A DNA stretch of 64,000 nucleotides from NCBI GenBank assembly GCA_965213705.1, contig OZ243913.1, positions 3,328,001 to 3,392,000 of the forward strand, in the 5' to 3' direction. This stretch comes from Trueperaceae bacterium (GTDB lineage Bacteria; Deinococcota; Deinococci; Deinococcales; Trueperaceae). The notes under the pieces were generated by a model. That model worked only from the letters and a program-made list of their open reading frames with translations. It made no database searches and was not told where the DNA came from. Shown piece by piece: positions 19,497 through 30,436 of the stretch. Within the stretch, counting starts at the first letter, position 1, and every line of letters begins with the position of its first letter. The translations under genes were made by a program, and so were the position numbers.

Positions 19497-19842
19497 GGTA
19501 GCACCGGCTTGAAAAGCACTGTGTGTCGGGGTCTTGCATTCTCAGGTTTATGGGGGCGGGCTCGAGCACTTTAAACCCGTTAAACCCGAACCAAAAGTTT
19601 GGCCCCGTGTGGGGGACACGGGACCGTCAGAGAGGAGATGGTGGAGGGGATTACCCTCACTCAAGGCCGCCGCGTGGCTAACCTTGAAAACAAGTTTACG
19701 CGGAAGACTCTTACAAAAAACTTACAAACGGGTAGCTTGGGTCACGAGGGGATTGAGGCATAAGTCACACGCCTTGACGCCTCTCCCCCACTTCCTCGGC
19801 TGGGCCCACTTTCTCAGCTGGACGAGGTGATAGCTTGGCACC

Positions 19843-21126
19843 ATGCCCACCATCCAGTCCGCAGAACTTTTAAGCGTCGGCACCGAACTCCTGCTCGGCG
19901 AAATCGTCGACACGAACAGCGCCTATTTGGCCGCCGACTTGTCAAAGCGCGGCGTCGACGTTTACTGGTCGCAGCGCGTGGGCGACAATTTGGCCCGCGT
20001 TCAGCACGCGGTTCGTCAGGGTTTAAGCCGCAGCGACCTGCTCGTCATGTGCGGCGGTTTGGGACCGACCGACGACGACCTGAGCCGCGAGGCGGTGGCT
20101 GGGGTCTTGGGCGAGACGCCTTATGTGGACGAGGGGTTAGAGCGCGACCTGCGCGAGCGCTTTGCCCGCTTCGCCCGCACCATGCCCGAAAAAAACCTCA
20201 AACAAGCCTGGCTCATCCCCTCGGCGGAAACCCTGCCCAACCCGCGCGGCACCGCGCCGGGCTGGCTGGTGCGCACACAGGTCGAAGGCAAAGAAAAAAC
20301 CATCGTGCTGTTGCCGGGGCCGCCGCGCGAGCTGACCCGGATGTGGGAGGTCGAGGCGGTAAGTCGGCTCGAGCTGCCCACCGCCGTCCTCTACACGCGC
20401 ATGTTCAAAACCTTCGGACTAGGCGAGTCGGCGGTAGCCGAAACGCTGGCTGAGTTGACCGCAAGCGCCAACCCGAGCGTGGCGACGTACGCCAAACGCG
20501 ACGGCGTCCACGTGCGCGTGGCGGCGAAGGGCGCGACGTTCAAAGAGGCCGAAGAAACCGCCCGGCCCGTCGTTGACCGGGTAGCCAGCCTGCTCGGCAG
20601 GGCTGTGTGGGGGGTGGACGAGGACGAACTCGAGCGGCGAATCTTAGAACGTTTGAACGCGCTCAACCTGACCCTCGCTACGGCCGAAACCTGTACCGGT
20701 GGACGTCTCAGCGAACGTTTGAGTGCGGCGTCGCCAAACACCCCGTCGCCAAACGCCCCGTCCCCAAACGCCGTAGCGACCGAGAAGGCGGGTTACCGGG
20801 GCGGCGTGGTAGCATACTCCATGCAAGCCGTAAGCGCCTTCGACCTCTTCAACACCGACCAAATCCGCGGAGCCGTGACCGAACAAACGGTTCTGCGTTT
20901 AGCCAAAGGCGTCGCTACGAAACTACACACCCACCTCGGGTTAGCCACTGCTACGACGGTAAAGGAGAACCATCAAGAAGAACCGGACACGTTTGTCGCC
21001 ATCTACAGTTCCGAACGGGAAACCGCACGAAAGCTCAACCTTCCCACCACGGAACGCGACTGGTTTAGCGAGAGGGCCAGCTACGCTGCGCTCTTCTTGT
21101 TGTGGTCTTTTTTGACCGAACGGTAG
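19843..21126 (+). CDS. cinA: CinA competence/damage-inducible protein (MoCF domain + degenerate PncC domain)
   Basis: VGTELLLG, GGLGPTDDD, PGPPRE, GESA; directly upstream of recA. Confidence 0.9.
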   Translation: MPTIQSAELLSVGTELLLGEIVDTNSAYLAADLSKRGVDVYWSQRVGDNLARVQHAVRQGLSRSDLLVMCGGLGPTDDDLSREAVAGVLGETPYVDEGLERDLRERFARFARTMPEKNLKQAWLIPSAETLPNPRGTAPGWLVRTQVEGKEKTIVLLPGPPRELTRMWEVEAVSRLELPTAVLYTRMFKTFGLGESAVAETLAELTASANPSVATYAKRDGVHVRVAAKGATFKEAEETARPVVDRVASLLGRAVWGVDEDELERRILERLNALNLTLATAETCTGGRLSERLSAASPNTPSPNAPSPNAVATEKAGYRGGVVAYSMQAVSAFDLFNTDQIRGAVTEQTVLRLAKGVATKLHTHLGLATATTVKENHQEEPDTFVAIYSSERETARKLNLPTTERDWFSERASYAALFLLWSFLTER

Positions 21127-21162
21127 TGCCTCACCCTTAACTCAGGGACACGGAGGCAAAAC

Positions 21163-22221
21163 ATGGATGAACAGCGTAAGAAGACGTTGGACTCGGCCCT
21201 CTTGCAAATAGAGAAGCAGTTCGGCAAGGGCGCGGTGATGCGTCTGGGAGACGAAACCGGGCGTTTGGAACAGGGCGTCATCTCCACCGGCTCGATGTCG
21301 GTGGACCTGGCTTTGGGCGTAGGCGGCTTGCCCAGGGGTAGAGTGGTCGAAATCTACGGCCCCGAATCCGGCGGCAAGACCACGCTCTCCTTGCACGTCG
21401 TCGCCGAAGCGCAACGCGTGGGCGGGGTGGCGGCTTTTATCGACGCCGAACACGCGCTCGACCCGAGTTACGCCAAAGCCATCGGCGTCGACGTCGACAA
21501 CTTGCTCGTCTCGCAACCCGACACCGGCGAACAAGCCTTGGAGATAACCGAACTGCTGGTTCGGTCGGGCGCGGTCGACATCATCGTCATCGACAGCGTC
21601 GCAGCACTGGTACCGAGAGCCGAAATCGAAGGCGAGATGGGCGACTCGCACGTCGGCTTGCAAGCCAGACTGATGAGCCAAGCTTTACGCAAACTCACCG
21701 GCATCTTGTCCAAGAGCCACACGACGGCCATCTTCATCAACCAAATCAGGGAGAAAATCGGCGTGATGTACGGCAACCCCGAGACCACGCCGGGCGGCCG
21801 GGCGCTTAAGTTCTACGCCTCGGTGCGTATGGAAGTGCGCCGCAAGGGCGACGTGAAGTCGGGCGCGGACAAGGTGGGCAACTTAACCCGCGTGAAAGTC
21901 ACCAAGAACAAAGTGGCCCCGCCCTTCAAAGAGGCCGAGGTCGAGATTATGTTCGGCCGCGGCATCGACAAGCTGGGCGACCTCATCACGGTAGCGACAG
22001 ACCTGGACGTGGTCAACAAGTCGGGCTCGTGGTACGGCTATAACGAACAGCGCTTAGGTCAGGGCAAAGAGAAAGCCGCCCAGTACCTGCAGGATAACCC
22101 TGAGCTTATCGAGGAGATAAAGCAAAGAGTTGTGGCTGTCCTCAAGGGCGAGCCGGATAAGGTTAAGGGTAAGGCGAGTGGCGATGAAACTGGCGACAAT
22201 GGGGACATGGGTGAGGAATGA
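21163..22221 (+). CDS. recA: Recombinase RecA
   Basis: [35 protein letters not shown]. Confidence 0.99.
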   Translation: MDEQRKKTLDSALLQIEKQFGKGAVMRLGDETGRLEQGVISTGSMSVDLALGVGGLPRGRVVEIYGPESGGKTTLSLHVVAEAQRVGGVAAFIDAEHALDPSYAKAIGVDVDNLLVSQPDTGEQALEITELLVRSGAVDIIVIDSVAALVPRAEIEGEMGDSHVGLQARLMSQALRKLTGILSKSHTTAIFINQIREKIGVMYGNPETTPGGRALKFYASVRMEVRRKGDVKSGADKVGNLTRVKVTKNKVAPPFKEAEVEIMFGRGIDKLGDLITVATDLDVVNKSGSWYGYNEQRLGQGKEKAAQYLQDNPELIEEIKQRVVAVLKGEPDKVKGKASGDETGDNGDMGEE

Positions 22222-23888
22222 CCGCGTTCATCCTGATCCTGGACCTGCTTCTTGGTTTGGTCATAGGGGCGGCGGTTACCTTCGTGCTGAAGGGGCGGCA
22301 CGACCAGGAGGTGCTGCAGCAGGCTGAAGCGAAAGCCGCGCAAACCAGGGCCCAAGCCGACGCCGAAGCCCAGCGCATCGTCGGCGCGGCCGAGACTGAA
22401 AAACGTCGTCTCGTCGAAGCCGAGCGCGCCCGCTTGGAGACCGAGTCCGAGCGGGCCCGCAGCGGCCTCGAGTTGGAACTCGCCCGCGCCCGCCAAGTGT
22501 TCGAACAAGAGTTCGTCCGCACCCGGCAAGACATCGAGCGCGAGCGCGTTTTCGTGGAGGGTGCCCGCGACGAAATCAAACGCGACCGCGAAAAAGTCGA
22601 ACAGGTCGAGGACCGGCTCAACCGCCGCGGCGAACAGCAAGACGCGCGGGCGCTCCGCTTGGACGACGTCGAAGAGCGTTTGAACGAGCGCACCGAGGCC
22701 GTTAAGGCTCGAGAGGACGAGTTGGGCACCAAAGCTGCCGAAATCGAGACGCGCCTCTTTGAAGTCGCGCAACTCAGCCGCGAGGCGGCGACCGAACTCA
22801 TCTTGGAGCGCCTGGACCAGGAGTTGGAGCGCGAAAAAGCGGCGCGGATTCGCGCCGAACTCGAAAAAGCCGACGCCGAGGCGAAGCGCAAGTCGTTCAA
22901 CATCATCGCGCAGGCCATCCAGCGCAGCGCCTCGGAAGTCTCGGCGGCCATCAGCGTCTCGGTGGTGCCGATTCCGTCCGACGCCATGAAGGGCCGAATC
23001 ATCGGCCGCGAGGGGCGCAACATCCGCGCCTTCGAGGCGATTACCGGTGTTGACCTCATCATCGACGACACGCCCGAGGCGGTGCTGCTGTCTTCGTTCA
23101 ACCCGATTCGCCGCGAGGTCGCCAAGCTGGCCTTGCTCGAACTCGTCGCCGACGGGCGCATCCACCCGTCACGCATCGAAGAGGTCGTGCAAAAAGCGCA
23201 GGGCGACATGCAAAGTTATATCCGCGAACGGGGCGAGGAAGCCGCGTTGGAAGCCAACGTGGTCGGCCTCAAGCCGGGGCTGCTGCAACTCTTGGGCCGG
23301 ATGCACTTTCGCACCTCCTACGGTCAAAACGTCCTCAAACACTCGGTCCAGGTCGCGCACATGACCGGCATTATCGCCGCCGAACTCGGCTTGGACGAAA
23401 CCCTAGCGCGCCGCGCCGGGCTGCTCCACGACATCGGCAAGTCCATCGACCGCGAAATCGAAGGAACCCACACCGAAATCGGCGCGAACTTAGGCAAGCG
23501 CTTCGGCGAACCGCTAGAAGTCGTCGACGCCATCGCCCACCACCACGAAGTCGAACTGTCCGAAACCTTGTTTCCGGTCATCGTGCAAGCCGCCGACGCG
23601 ATTTCGGCGGCGCGGCCGGGCGCGCGGCGCGAAACTTTGGAAAGCTACTTAAAGAGGCTCGAGGCCCTCGAGACCATCGCCACCAGTTTCCCCGGCGTCG
23701 AAAAGTCCTTCGCTATCCAGGCGGGCCGCGAAATCCGCATTATCGTCCAGCCGGACAAGGTCGACGACGCCTCGGCAGTTTTGTTAGCCAGAGACGTCGC
23801 CAACCGCATCGAGCGGGACATGGAGTATCCCGGCCAGGTGCAAGTCACCGTCGTGCGCGAGTCGCGGGCAGTCGAGTACGCGCGCTAG
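22218..23888 (+). CDS. rny: Ribonuclease Y
   Basis: N-terminal TM segment, coiled coil, KH domain ([13 protein letters not shown]), HD domain (LLHDIGK). Confidence 0.97.
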   Translation: MTAFILILDLLLGLVIGAAVTFVLKGRHDQEVLQQAEAKAAQTRAQADAEAQRIVGAAETEKRRLVEAERARLETESERARSGLELELARARQVFEQEFVRTRQDIERERVFVEGARDEIKRDREKVEQVEDRLNRRGEQQDARALRLDDVEERLNERTEAVKAREDELGTKAAEIETRLFEVAQLSREAATELILERLDQELEREKAARIRAELEKADAEAKRKSFNIIAQAIQRSASEVSAAISVSVVPIPSDAMKGRIIGREGRNIRAFEAITGVDLIIDDTPEAVLLSSFNPIRREVAKLALLELVADGRIHPSRIEEVVQKAQGDMQSYIRERGEEAALEANVVGLKPGLLQLLGRMHFRTSYGQNVLKHSVQVAHMTGIIAAELGLDETLARRAGLLHDIGKSIDREIEGTHTEIGANLGKRFGEPLEVVDAIAHHHEVELSETLFPVIVQAADAISAARPGARRETLESYLKRLEALETIATSFPGVEKSFAIQAGREIRIIVQPDKVDDASAVLLARDVANRIERDMEYPGQVQVTVVRESRAVEYAR

Positions 23889-23933
23889 CCGCTGACAACA
23901 CTTTCGCTAAAGAGCGCACTTTTTCAGCGCGTC

Positions 23934-23962
23934 GCAGGGGCGGGTTTTAAACCCGCCCCTAC
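23934..23962. repeat. REP-like palindrome / terminator downstream of rny
   Basis: gcaggggcgggttttaaacccgcccctac; reads GTAG-GGGCGGGTTT on the minus strand. Confidence 0.6.
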
Positions 23963-24220
23963 CTCACATGGCTTATACCCCACCTGGATTAAGCCGCTGG
24001 TTGAGAGCACAGGGTCCGTCTGACCGAGGAATCTCAAACGCGGGCTCGAGCAGCCGGGGAAAGAGAGGTTTTTCTCCGCCCTCGACTGTTCTTTCACCCA
24101 CCTCACCGGTTTCAAACTGGTGTATAGTGGCGTTCGGCATTTACGGGTCACCTGCTACGCCAGCTCGTCCAGGTCTAACAATCCCAAAACCAAAAGCTTC
24201 TCGCTATGTGTGGAGGCGGC

Positions 24221-25981
24221 GTGCGACAAACGTTTAGAGACTTGTACGGCTACATAAAGCGCTACCCCGGACCCTTTTTAATAGGCATCGTCGCACTTTT
24301 ATTCTCGAGCTACTTCGCCACCCTCGCCCCGGTCATCATCGGCAACGCCATCGACGCCTTTAAAAACGGCACCGTGACCACTTCAAGCGTGTGGCGTTAC
24401 GTCGGCGCGCTGGTCGGGGTGACAGCTATCGCGGCCACGTCGATGATCGTCGTGCGCCGCACGATGCTGAACGCGAGTTGGGAAATCCAGTTCGACATTC
24501 GCCACGACCTCTTCGAGCGTTTTACCTTTTTAGACGCCAACTACTACGACAACCACCGCGTCGGCGACCTCATGGCGCGGCTCACCTCCGACTTGAGCGC
24601 GGTGCGGATGATGGTCGGGGTGGGCATTTTCCAGGGTATCAACACGCTGCTGACCCTGTTCTTCACGCTCTACCGCATGGCGAACTTAAACGGCCGCCTG
24701 ACGCTCTTCACGCTGATTATCGTGCCCTTTATCGCGCTCAGCTTTTTCTTGCTGCTGCGACTCATCCACAAACGCTACGAGCGGGTGCAAGAGCAGTTCG
24801 GCGACGTGTCGGCGATGGCGCAGGAGAACTTCAGCGGCATTCGCGTGGTCAAGGGCTTCGGCATCGAAGAGCGCGAGGTGCAGTCGTTCGGCCGGCTGAA
24901 CGACGAGTTCATCCGCCGCAACCTGTCTTTGGTCAAGGTCGACGGGCCGTTGTTTCCGCTCATGGAACTGCTGTTCGGCATCACCATCTCGGCGCTGCTG
25001 CTCTTGGGCGGGCGCGCGGTACTGCTCGGCGACGTGTTTACGGTCGGTGAGTTCGCCTCGTTCGTCCTGCTGTTTATGGGCATCGAGTGGCCGATTATCG
25101 CCTTCGGCTGGATTGGCAGCGTGTTGCAGCGCGGCGTGACCTCGTGGGGTCGGTTGCGCGAGGTGTTCGACGAGCAACCCCACGTCAAGGACGGCCCGCA
25201 GACCGACTTTTCCCTGCGCAGCGTCAAAGGGAGTATCGAATTTCGCAACGTGAGCTTGAAGTTCGAAGACTTTGTGGCGCTCGACGACGTGTCGTTCAAG
25301 ATTGCCCAGGGCGAGCGCGTCGGCCTGACCGGGCGCACCGGCTCGGGCAAAACGATGATTGTGAACTTGGTGGCGCGGCTGCTCGAGCCCACCGCGGGCG
25401 AAATCTTTATCGACGGGATTGATATAAAGAAGTACCCGCTCGAGGTCTTGCGCCGCTACATCGGCATCGTGCCGCAGGAGCCGTTTTTGTTCTCCGACAC
25501 GATTGCCGAGAACATCGCCTTCGGCATCCCCGAAGACGACAGCGAGGCGCGGCTGAAGCGCATCAAAGAAGTCGCTCAGTTGGTGCAACTCGACGGCGAC
25601 ATCGAAGACTTCCCCGACAAGTACGAAACCTCGCTCGGCGAGCGCGGCGTGACGCTCTCGGGCGGGCAGCGGCAGCGCACCGCGATGGCGCGGGCCATCA
25701 TCCGCGACCCGGCCATCCTCATTTTGGACGACGCGCTGAGCGCGGTCGATACGCAAACCGAAGCGCTGATTTTGGAAGGCTTGGAGGGCGTCGCCAGGGG
25801 CCGCACGACGCTGATCGTCGCCCACCGCATAAGCGCCTTTCAAAACGCCGACCGGGTGCTCGTTTTAGAAGACGGCCGCATCGTCGAACAGGGCACGCAC
25901 GACCAGCTCGTCAAGCTCGACGGCTGGTACGCCGACATGGACAGACGGCAGCAGTTAGAGGCCGACTTGGAGGCCGCGTAG
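24221..25981 (+). CDS. ABC exporter, fused TMD-NBD (heterodimer subunit A)
   Basis: GRTGSGKT, LSGGQRQR, degenerate Walker B LDDALS; GGAGG RBS before GTG. Confidence 0.93.
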   Translation: MRQTFRDLYGYIKRYPGPFLIGIVALLFSSYFATLAPVIIGNAIDAFKNGTVTTSSVWRYVGALVGVTAIAATSMIVVRRTMLNASWEIQFDIRHDLFERFTFLDANYYDNHRVGDLMARLTSDLSAVRMMVGVGIFQGINTLLTLFFTLYRMANLNGRLTLFTLIIVPFIALSFFLLLRLIHKRYERVQEQFGDVSAMAQENFSGIRVVKGFGIEEREVQSFGRLNDEFIRRNLSLVKVDGPLFPLMELLFGITISALLLLGGRAVLLGDVFTVGEFASFVLLFMGIEWPIIAFGWIGSVLQRGVTSWGRLREVFDEQPHVKDGPQTDFSLRSVKGSIEFRNVSLKFEDFVALDDVSFKIAQGERVGLTGRTGSGKTMIVNLVARLLEPTAGEIFIDGIDIKKYPLEVLRRYIGIVPQEPFLFSDTIAENIAFGIPEDDSEARLKRIKEVAQLVQLDGDIEDFPDKYETSLGERGVTLSGGQRQRTAMARAIIRDPAILILDDALSAVDTQTEALILEGLEGVARGRTTLIVAHRISAFQNADRVLVLEDGRIVEQGTHDQLVKLDGWYADMDRRQQLEADLEAA

Positions 25982-27960
25982 TGGCAGACTCGCAAGCCAA
26001 CCCCGAACCCGTCAAGCGCGGCCTGACCGACATGTCGGGCGAAAACTACGATGTCAACGAGGCCAAGGCGCGGCACGCCGCCGGGCGGCGCAAACACTCG
26101 CGCGACATCCGCGACGAGGGCAACTACACCGAAGACGGCGAACTGTTCAAAAAAGCCTTCGACTGGCAGGTGACGCGGCGGTTGCTGCGCTACTTCACGC
26201 CGTACCGGCCACAGCTCGTCTCGGGAATTTTTCTGTTGTTGGTCTCGAGCGCCCTCAGCCCGGCGTTTCCCTACCTCATCCGGCTCGTCATCGACCGCTA
26301 CATCAACCCACAGGCCGCACCCTACCTCACGCTCGACATCGACGCGCGTTTGCAGGGTTTGCTGACCATCGTCTTCATCTACGTCGGGCTGAAAGTCGTG
26401 AGCTTTTGTCTGCGCTACGGCTACACTTACCTCGTCGCCTGGATAGGCCAGCACGTCATTTACGACCTGCGCAAAGAGATTTTCAGCAAGATTCAGCGGA
26501 TGCACATGGGCTTTTTCGACCGCACCCCGGTCGGCCGACTCATGACCCGAATCACCACCGACGTCGACGCGATTCAGACGATGATGACCGACGGCGTGGT
26601 CGGGCTCATCGCCGACATCGGGATTATCACGGGTTTGATCGTGTACATGCTCATCATCAACTGGCAGCTCGCCCTCGTGACCTTGACCGTAATGCCCATA
26701 CTGTTCTTCACCCTGAACGCGCTGCGGTTGCGCATCCGCGACGCCTACCGCACGGTGCGGCTGCGCACCTCGCGCTCGAACGCTTACCTGGCCGAAAACT
26801 TAACCGGCATGAAAACGGTACAAATTTTCAACCGCGAATCCAGAAACGCTCGAGGCTTTGACGAAATCAACTTGGGGCTGCTTGACGCCTACATCGAGCA
26901 GATCCGCTGGTTCAGCCTGTTTTACCCGAGCGTGCAAATCGTCGGCTCGCTGGCGCTGGCGGCGATTCTCTACTACGGCGCGTTTCAACTCGGCGGCGTC
27001 CCCGCCGGTGAGGGCGCGATTACCGTCGGCGTGCTGTTCGCGTTTATCCAGTACGCGCAAATGTTTTTCCGACCCCTCCAGGATTTGAGTGACAAGTACA
27101 ACATCATGCAGGCGGCGATGGCCTCGTCGGAGCGCATTTTCGGCCTGCTCGACACCTCCGAGCAAATCGCCAACCGCCCCGACCCGCTGAGCTTCGAGAC
27201 GAAGTTCCGCGGCGAGGTGCAGTTCGACCACGTCTGGTTCGCCTACCAAAACGAGGAATGGGTGCTGCGCGACCTGGACTTCACCATCAAACCCGGTGAG
27301 AGCGTCGCCTTTGTCGGCCACACGGGCGCGGGCAAGACGACCGTCATCAGCCTCGTGAGTCGTTTTTACGACGTGCAGAAGGGCGCGGTGCGAATCGACG
27401 GCAAAGACGTCCGCGACTACGACCAGACCGACCTGCGGCGGCACGTCGGCATCGTCTTACAGGACCCGTTTTTGTTCAGCGGCACGGTGCTGAGCAACAT
27501 CACCCTGAACGACGAGACCATCACGCGGGAGCAGGTCGTCGAGGCGGCCAAGTTCGTCAACGCGCACCGCTTTATCGAGCGTCTACCCGAGGGCTACGAC
27601 ACCCCGGTGCGCGAGCGGGGCGCGGGTTTTTCGACGGGGCAGAAACAGCTTTTGGCCTTCGCTCGAGCCCTCGTCCAGAACCCGGACATCCTCCTCGTGC
27701 TCGACGAAGCCACCGCCAACGTCGACACCGAGACCGAAGAACTCATCCAGGACGCCCTCGAGAAACTCATGCAGGGCCGCACCAGCATCATCATCGCGCA
27801 CCGGCTCTCGACCATCCAGGACGCCGACCGAATTATGGTGATGCGCAAGGGCAAACTCATCGAGTCGGGTAGCCACTTCGAACTGTTGGAGCAGGACGGC
27901 TATTACCGGAAGTTGTACGAGTTGCAATACCAGGAGCGGCCGGGGGCGGCGGGGGGTTAG
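25981..27960 (+). CDS. ABC exporter, fused TMD-NBD (heterodimer subunit B)
   Basis: GHTGAGKT, FSTGQKQ, LDEATA, AHRLSTI. Confidence 0.93.
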   Translation: MADSQANPEPVKRGLTDMSGENYDVNEAKARHAAGRRKHSRDIRDEGNYTEDGELFKKAFDWQVTRRLLRYFTPYRPQLVSGIFLLLVSSALSPAFPYLIRLVIDRYINPQAAPYLTLDIDARLQGLLTIVFIYVGLKVVSFCLRYGYTYLVAWIGQHVIYDLRKEIFSKIQRMHMGFFDRTPVGRLMTRITTDVDAIQTMMTDGVVGLIADIGIITGLIVYMLIINWQLALVTLTVMPILFFTLNALRLRIRDAYRTVRLRTSRSNAYLAENLTGMKTVQIFNRESRNARGFDEINLGLLDAYIEQIRWFSLFYPSVQIVGSLALAAILYYGAFQLGGVPAGEGAITVGVLFAFIQYAQMFFRPLQDLSDKYNIMQAAMASSERIFGLLDTSEQIANRPDPLSFETKFRGEVQFDHVWFAYQNEEWVLRDLDFTIKPGESVAFVGHTGAGKTTVISLVSRFYDVQKGAVRIDGKDVRDYDQTDLRRHVGIVLQDPFLFSGTVLSNITLNDETITREQVVEAAKFVNAHRFIERLPEGYDTPVRERGAGFSTGQKQLLAFARALVQNPDILLVLDEATANVDTETEELIQDALEKLMQGRTSIIIAHRLSTIQDADRIMVMRKGKLIESGSHFELLEQDGYYRKLYELQYQERPGAAGG

Positions 27961-27970
27961 GGCTCGAGCC

Positions 27971-28825
27971 TCAGGGCCAAGGACGTACCCAAACCCCCTT
28001 CTCGTCTCGAACACAGCCCCAAGCTGCTAATTTTCGCTCGGCTTCGCAGGCCAACCACTCTCCGAACCCTTTGACGAACCCTTCCGTAGCATCGCCCAGA
28101 ACCGGGTTGACGGCTAGCTCGAGCGCCCGGTACATCTCGGCTGCTTTGCCTGGATAGTGCTTGGCAAAACTTTCGTAGCACAAATACAGGTCTCGAGTAA
28201 ACCGCTGTTCTTCGACCATGACGAGTTCCATGCCTAATCTCAAGAAACGCCGCATCATCCAGTTGATGAATTCCGGTTTGTCCGCTTCGGGTTCTGCGGG
28301 GTACTCGGACAAAAAGGTCTCGAGGTGAGACCGGAAGTATTTTGTTTGAAAGGCCATGTCGGGGCCGGGTTTGTACGGCGCGATTTCGTTAGCCACGTCC
28401 TCGCCGTAAACGCAGGCCGCTTCCGTCTTGAGGATGAGCGCGTAAGGGTTTTCCCTGTTCTGCGCCTCCTCGAAGGTTTCCAAACCGACTTCGACGCCCG
28501 TCACGAACGAAAAATCCTCACGGACGGTCTTCTCGAGCGCTTCGGCCCAAGCCTTGACGGCTTCGTAAGAAAGCTCTTGCCCACAACCGGGCTTCAGCAC
28601 GGCAAAACTGTCGATGTCGGACGTACCTTCGACGGCCAAACCCTTGGCGATGGAACCGCGGACGTAGACGCTGTGAATGGTTTCAGGCCACTGCTCGAGG
28701 TACGCCTTTTTGACCTCCTCGACCGCCGCCCGCCACGGGCCGGTGACGTTGGCGGCGTCGGCGCGGCTTTGCAAAAAGCCCTGCTCGTCCGTTTCCAGGT
28801 AGTTGCCGATGCGTTTGATTTCCAT
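27971..28825 (-). CDS. Nucleotidyltransferase domain protein
   Basis: SVYVRGS...SDID Pol-beta-type motif; AGGAG RBS before MEIKR. Confidence 0.8.
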   Translation of the reverse strand: MEIKRIGNYLETDEQGFLQSRADAANVTGPWRAAVEEVKKAYLEQWPETIHSVYVRGSIAKGLAVEGTSDIDSFAVLKPGCGQELSYEAVKAWAEALEKTVREDFSFVTGVEVGLETFEEAQNRENPYALILKTEAACVYGEDVANEIAPYKPGPDMAFQTKYFRSHLETFLSEYPAEPEADKPEFINWMMRRFLRLGMELVMVEEQRFTRDLYLCYESFAKHYPGKAAEMYRALELAVNPVLGDATEGFVKGFGEWLACEAERKLAAWGCVRDEKGVWVRPWP

Positions 28826-28837
28826 GTGGGTCACTCC

Positions 28838-29404
28838 TTAAGTCGAGAAGTCACTCAACCCCGCCTTTGCGTAAATTTGCCGGTGGCTCAACTCAGTGTC
28901 CACGCAAGGGACGGGCACAGCGTCACCTGCTGCGAAACTACGCTCTTCCCAGCCGTCCTGGGTGCGGTAGTGGCCGACCACCCGGACACTGAGGCTGTCG
29001 ACAAGCAGGTAGACAGAGAGGGTTTCAATACTCTGATAAAAAAGCTGCTTTTCGTGTAAGTCTTTCCTGGCGGTCGAACCACTCAGCACTTCGACAACGA
29101 CGCACGGGTTGTCCTGATGGTCCAAAGTCAGGTCGTTGTCACAGACCACCATCACGTCGGGGTAATAGTAGACGGTTGCCGAAGCCCTGACTTTCATGTC
29201 GCTGGCGTAAACCACGCAGTCGCGGTTTTCCAGGGCGTTCCCAAAGGCGCGGGCAATGTTTAGAGCGATGATGTTGTGCGCCGGGGTCGAACCCGCCATC
29301 GCGTAAACATAACCGTTCACGTACTCATGGCGGACATCGGCATCTTTTTCGCCTTCCAAGTAGTCTTCGACGCTGATGCGTTCAAAAGCTTTCGAGGCGT
29401 ACAT
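28838..29404 (-). CDS. Uma2 family endonuclease-fold protein
   Basis: RHEYVNG.VYAMAG, YYPDVMV, VEVLSGST...D..EK. Confidence 0.92.
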   Translation of the reverse strand: MYASKAFERISVEDYLEGEKDADVRHEYVNGYVYAMAGSTPAHNIIALNIARAFGNALENRDCVVYASDMKVRASATVYYYPDVMVVCDNDLTLDHQDNPCVVVEVLSGSTARKDLHEKQLFYQSIETLSVYLLVDSLSVRVVGHYRTQDGWEERSFAAGDAVPVPCVDTELSHRQIYAKAGLSDFST

Positions 29405-29449
29405 GAGGACAGTTTAGCAGAGCCATGTGGCTCGAGCGGTCCAGCAGAC

Positions 29450-30268
29450 CTAAGCCATCCCCGCAAACAAGTCGTCCACCGGCATCCCCGGAAACGACCC
29501 GCGCAGGCCGCCCAACGTAAACGTTTCTCGAGCGAACAGACTTTGCCACACGTCTTTTTCGGTGCCGTCATTCATACTCGCGAACGACGACTGCGGGCCA
29601 GTCTGTGAACGGTGCGCTTTTATGGCGGCCTCTTTTTGCGCGGCGTAAGGCGTCACGTCGAGTACCGCGGCGAACGACTCGTCCGAGACGCCGTAAAGGT
29701 CGGCGTCGAGTTCGGAGAGCGGTGAGTTTTCGCGCATCGCTTGCATGTCGCGCATTTGCTCCGACGCCATCGCGTTGTAAAACAGGCGCTGCGGCGCTGG
29801 GGTCGTCACGCCGCCCGCCGACCAAAAGGCGGCAGTCGCGGCGCGGTGGACTTTGACGTGGTCGATGTGACCGTAAATCCCGTGCGGGTCGAAAGTGATG
29901 ATGATGTCCGGTTTGAGGTCGGCAATGTGGCCGAGAAGGGTCTGCTCGACGGCGAACTCGTCCACGTTCATCAGGGCTTTGGGGTCGTCATAACGGGTGC
30001 GCTCATGGCGGCCCGAATCGTGGTAGTCGAGAAAAATCGGCGCGTTGATGCCCAAAGCCTCGCAGGCCGCGCGTAGTTCGGCTTCGCGCAGCTTGCCTTT
30101 GTCGCTGTCCGCGGCAATGGTTGGGTCGGTGATTTTGCCGGACTCGCCGCGGTTGGCGCAAATCAGGGAAACTTGCGCGCCTTCGGCGGCGTAGCGAGCT
30201 AAGGTGCCGCCGGTGCCGAAAGCTTCGTCGTCGGGGTGGGCGTAGATAGCTAGGAGTCGTCTGGGCAT
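29450..30268 (-). CDS. PIG-L/LmbE family deacetylase (MshB/Mca/Bca-like)
   Basis: AHPDDE, GESG, YGHIDH, AHRSQ. Confidence 0.9.
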   Translation of the reverse strand: MPRRLLAIYAHPDDEAFGTGGTLARYAAEGAQVSLICANRGESGKITDPTIAADSDKGKLREAELRAACEALGINAPIFLDYHDSGRHERTRYDDPKALMNVDEFAVEQTLLGHIADLKPDIIITFDPHGIYGHIDHVKVHRAATAAFWSAGGVTTPAPQRLFYNAMASEQMRDMQAMRENSPLSELDADLYGVSDESFAAVLDVTPYAAQKEAAIKAHRSQTGPQSSFASMNDGTEKDVWQSLFARETFTLGGLRGSFPGMPVDDLFAGMA

Positions 30269-30436
30269 AGCGTCACTCTAACCCCGGCGACCCGGCTTTT
30301 GAGAAACGCCGCACTCAGTCGGTTTTGGAGATGCTCGTCCTCGAGCCTCCAAACACCTTTGACCTCGCGGCAAACCTCACGGCTGCAAAATCTTATTCTC
30401 GCGTCTTCGACTGGCTTCGACTCACCCAAGCTCGCG

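Noticed and set aside
19500..19842. Deinococcus radiation-desiccation response motif (RDRM) upstream of cinA-recA
   Set aside because: No convincing TTAYG..N..CRTAA-type palindrome found by eye
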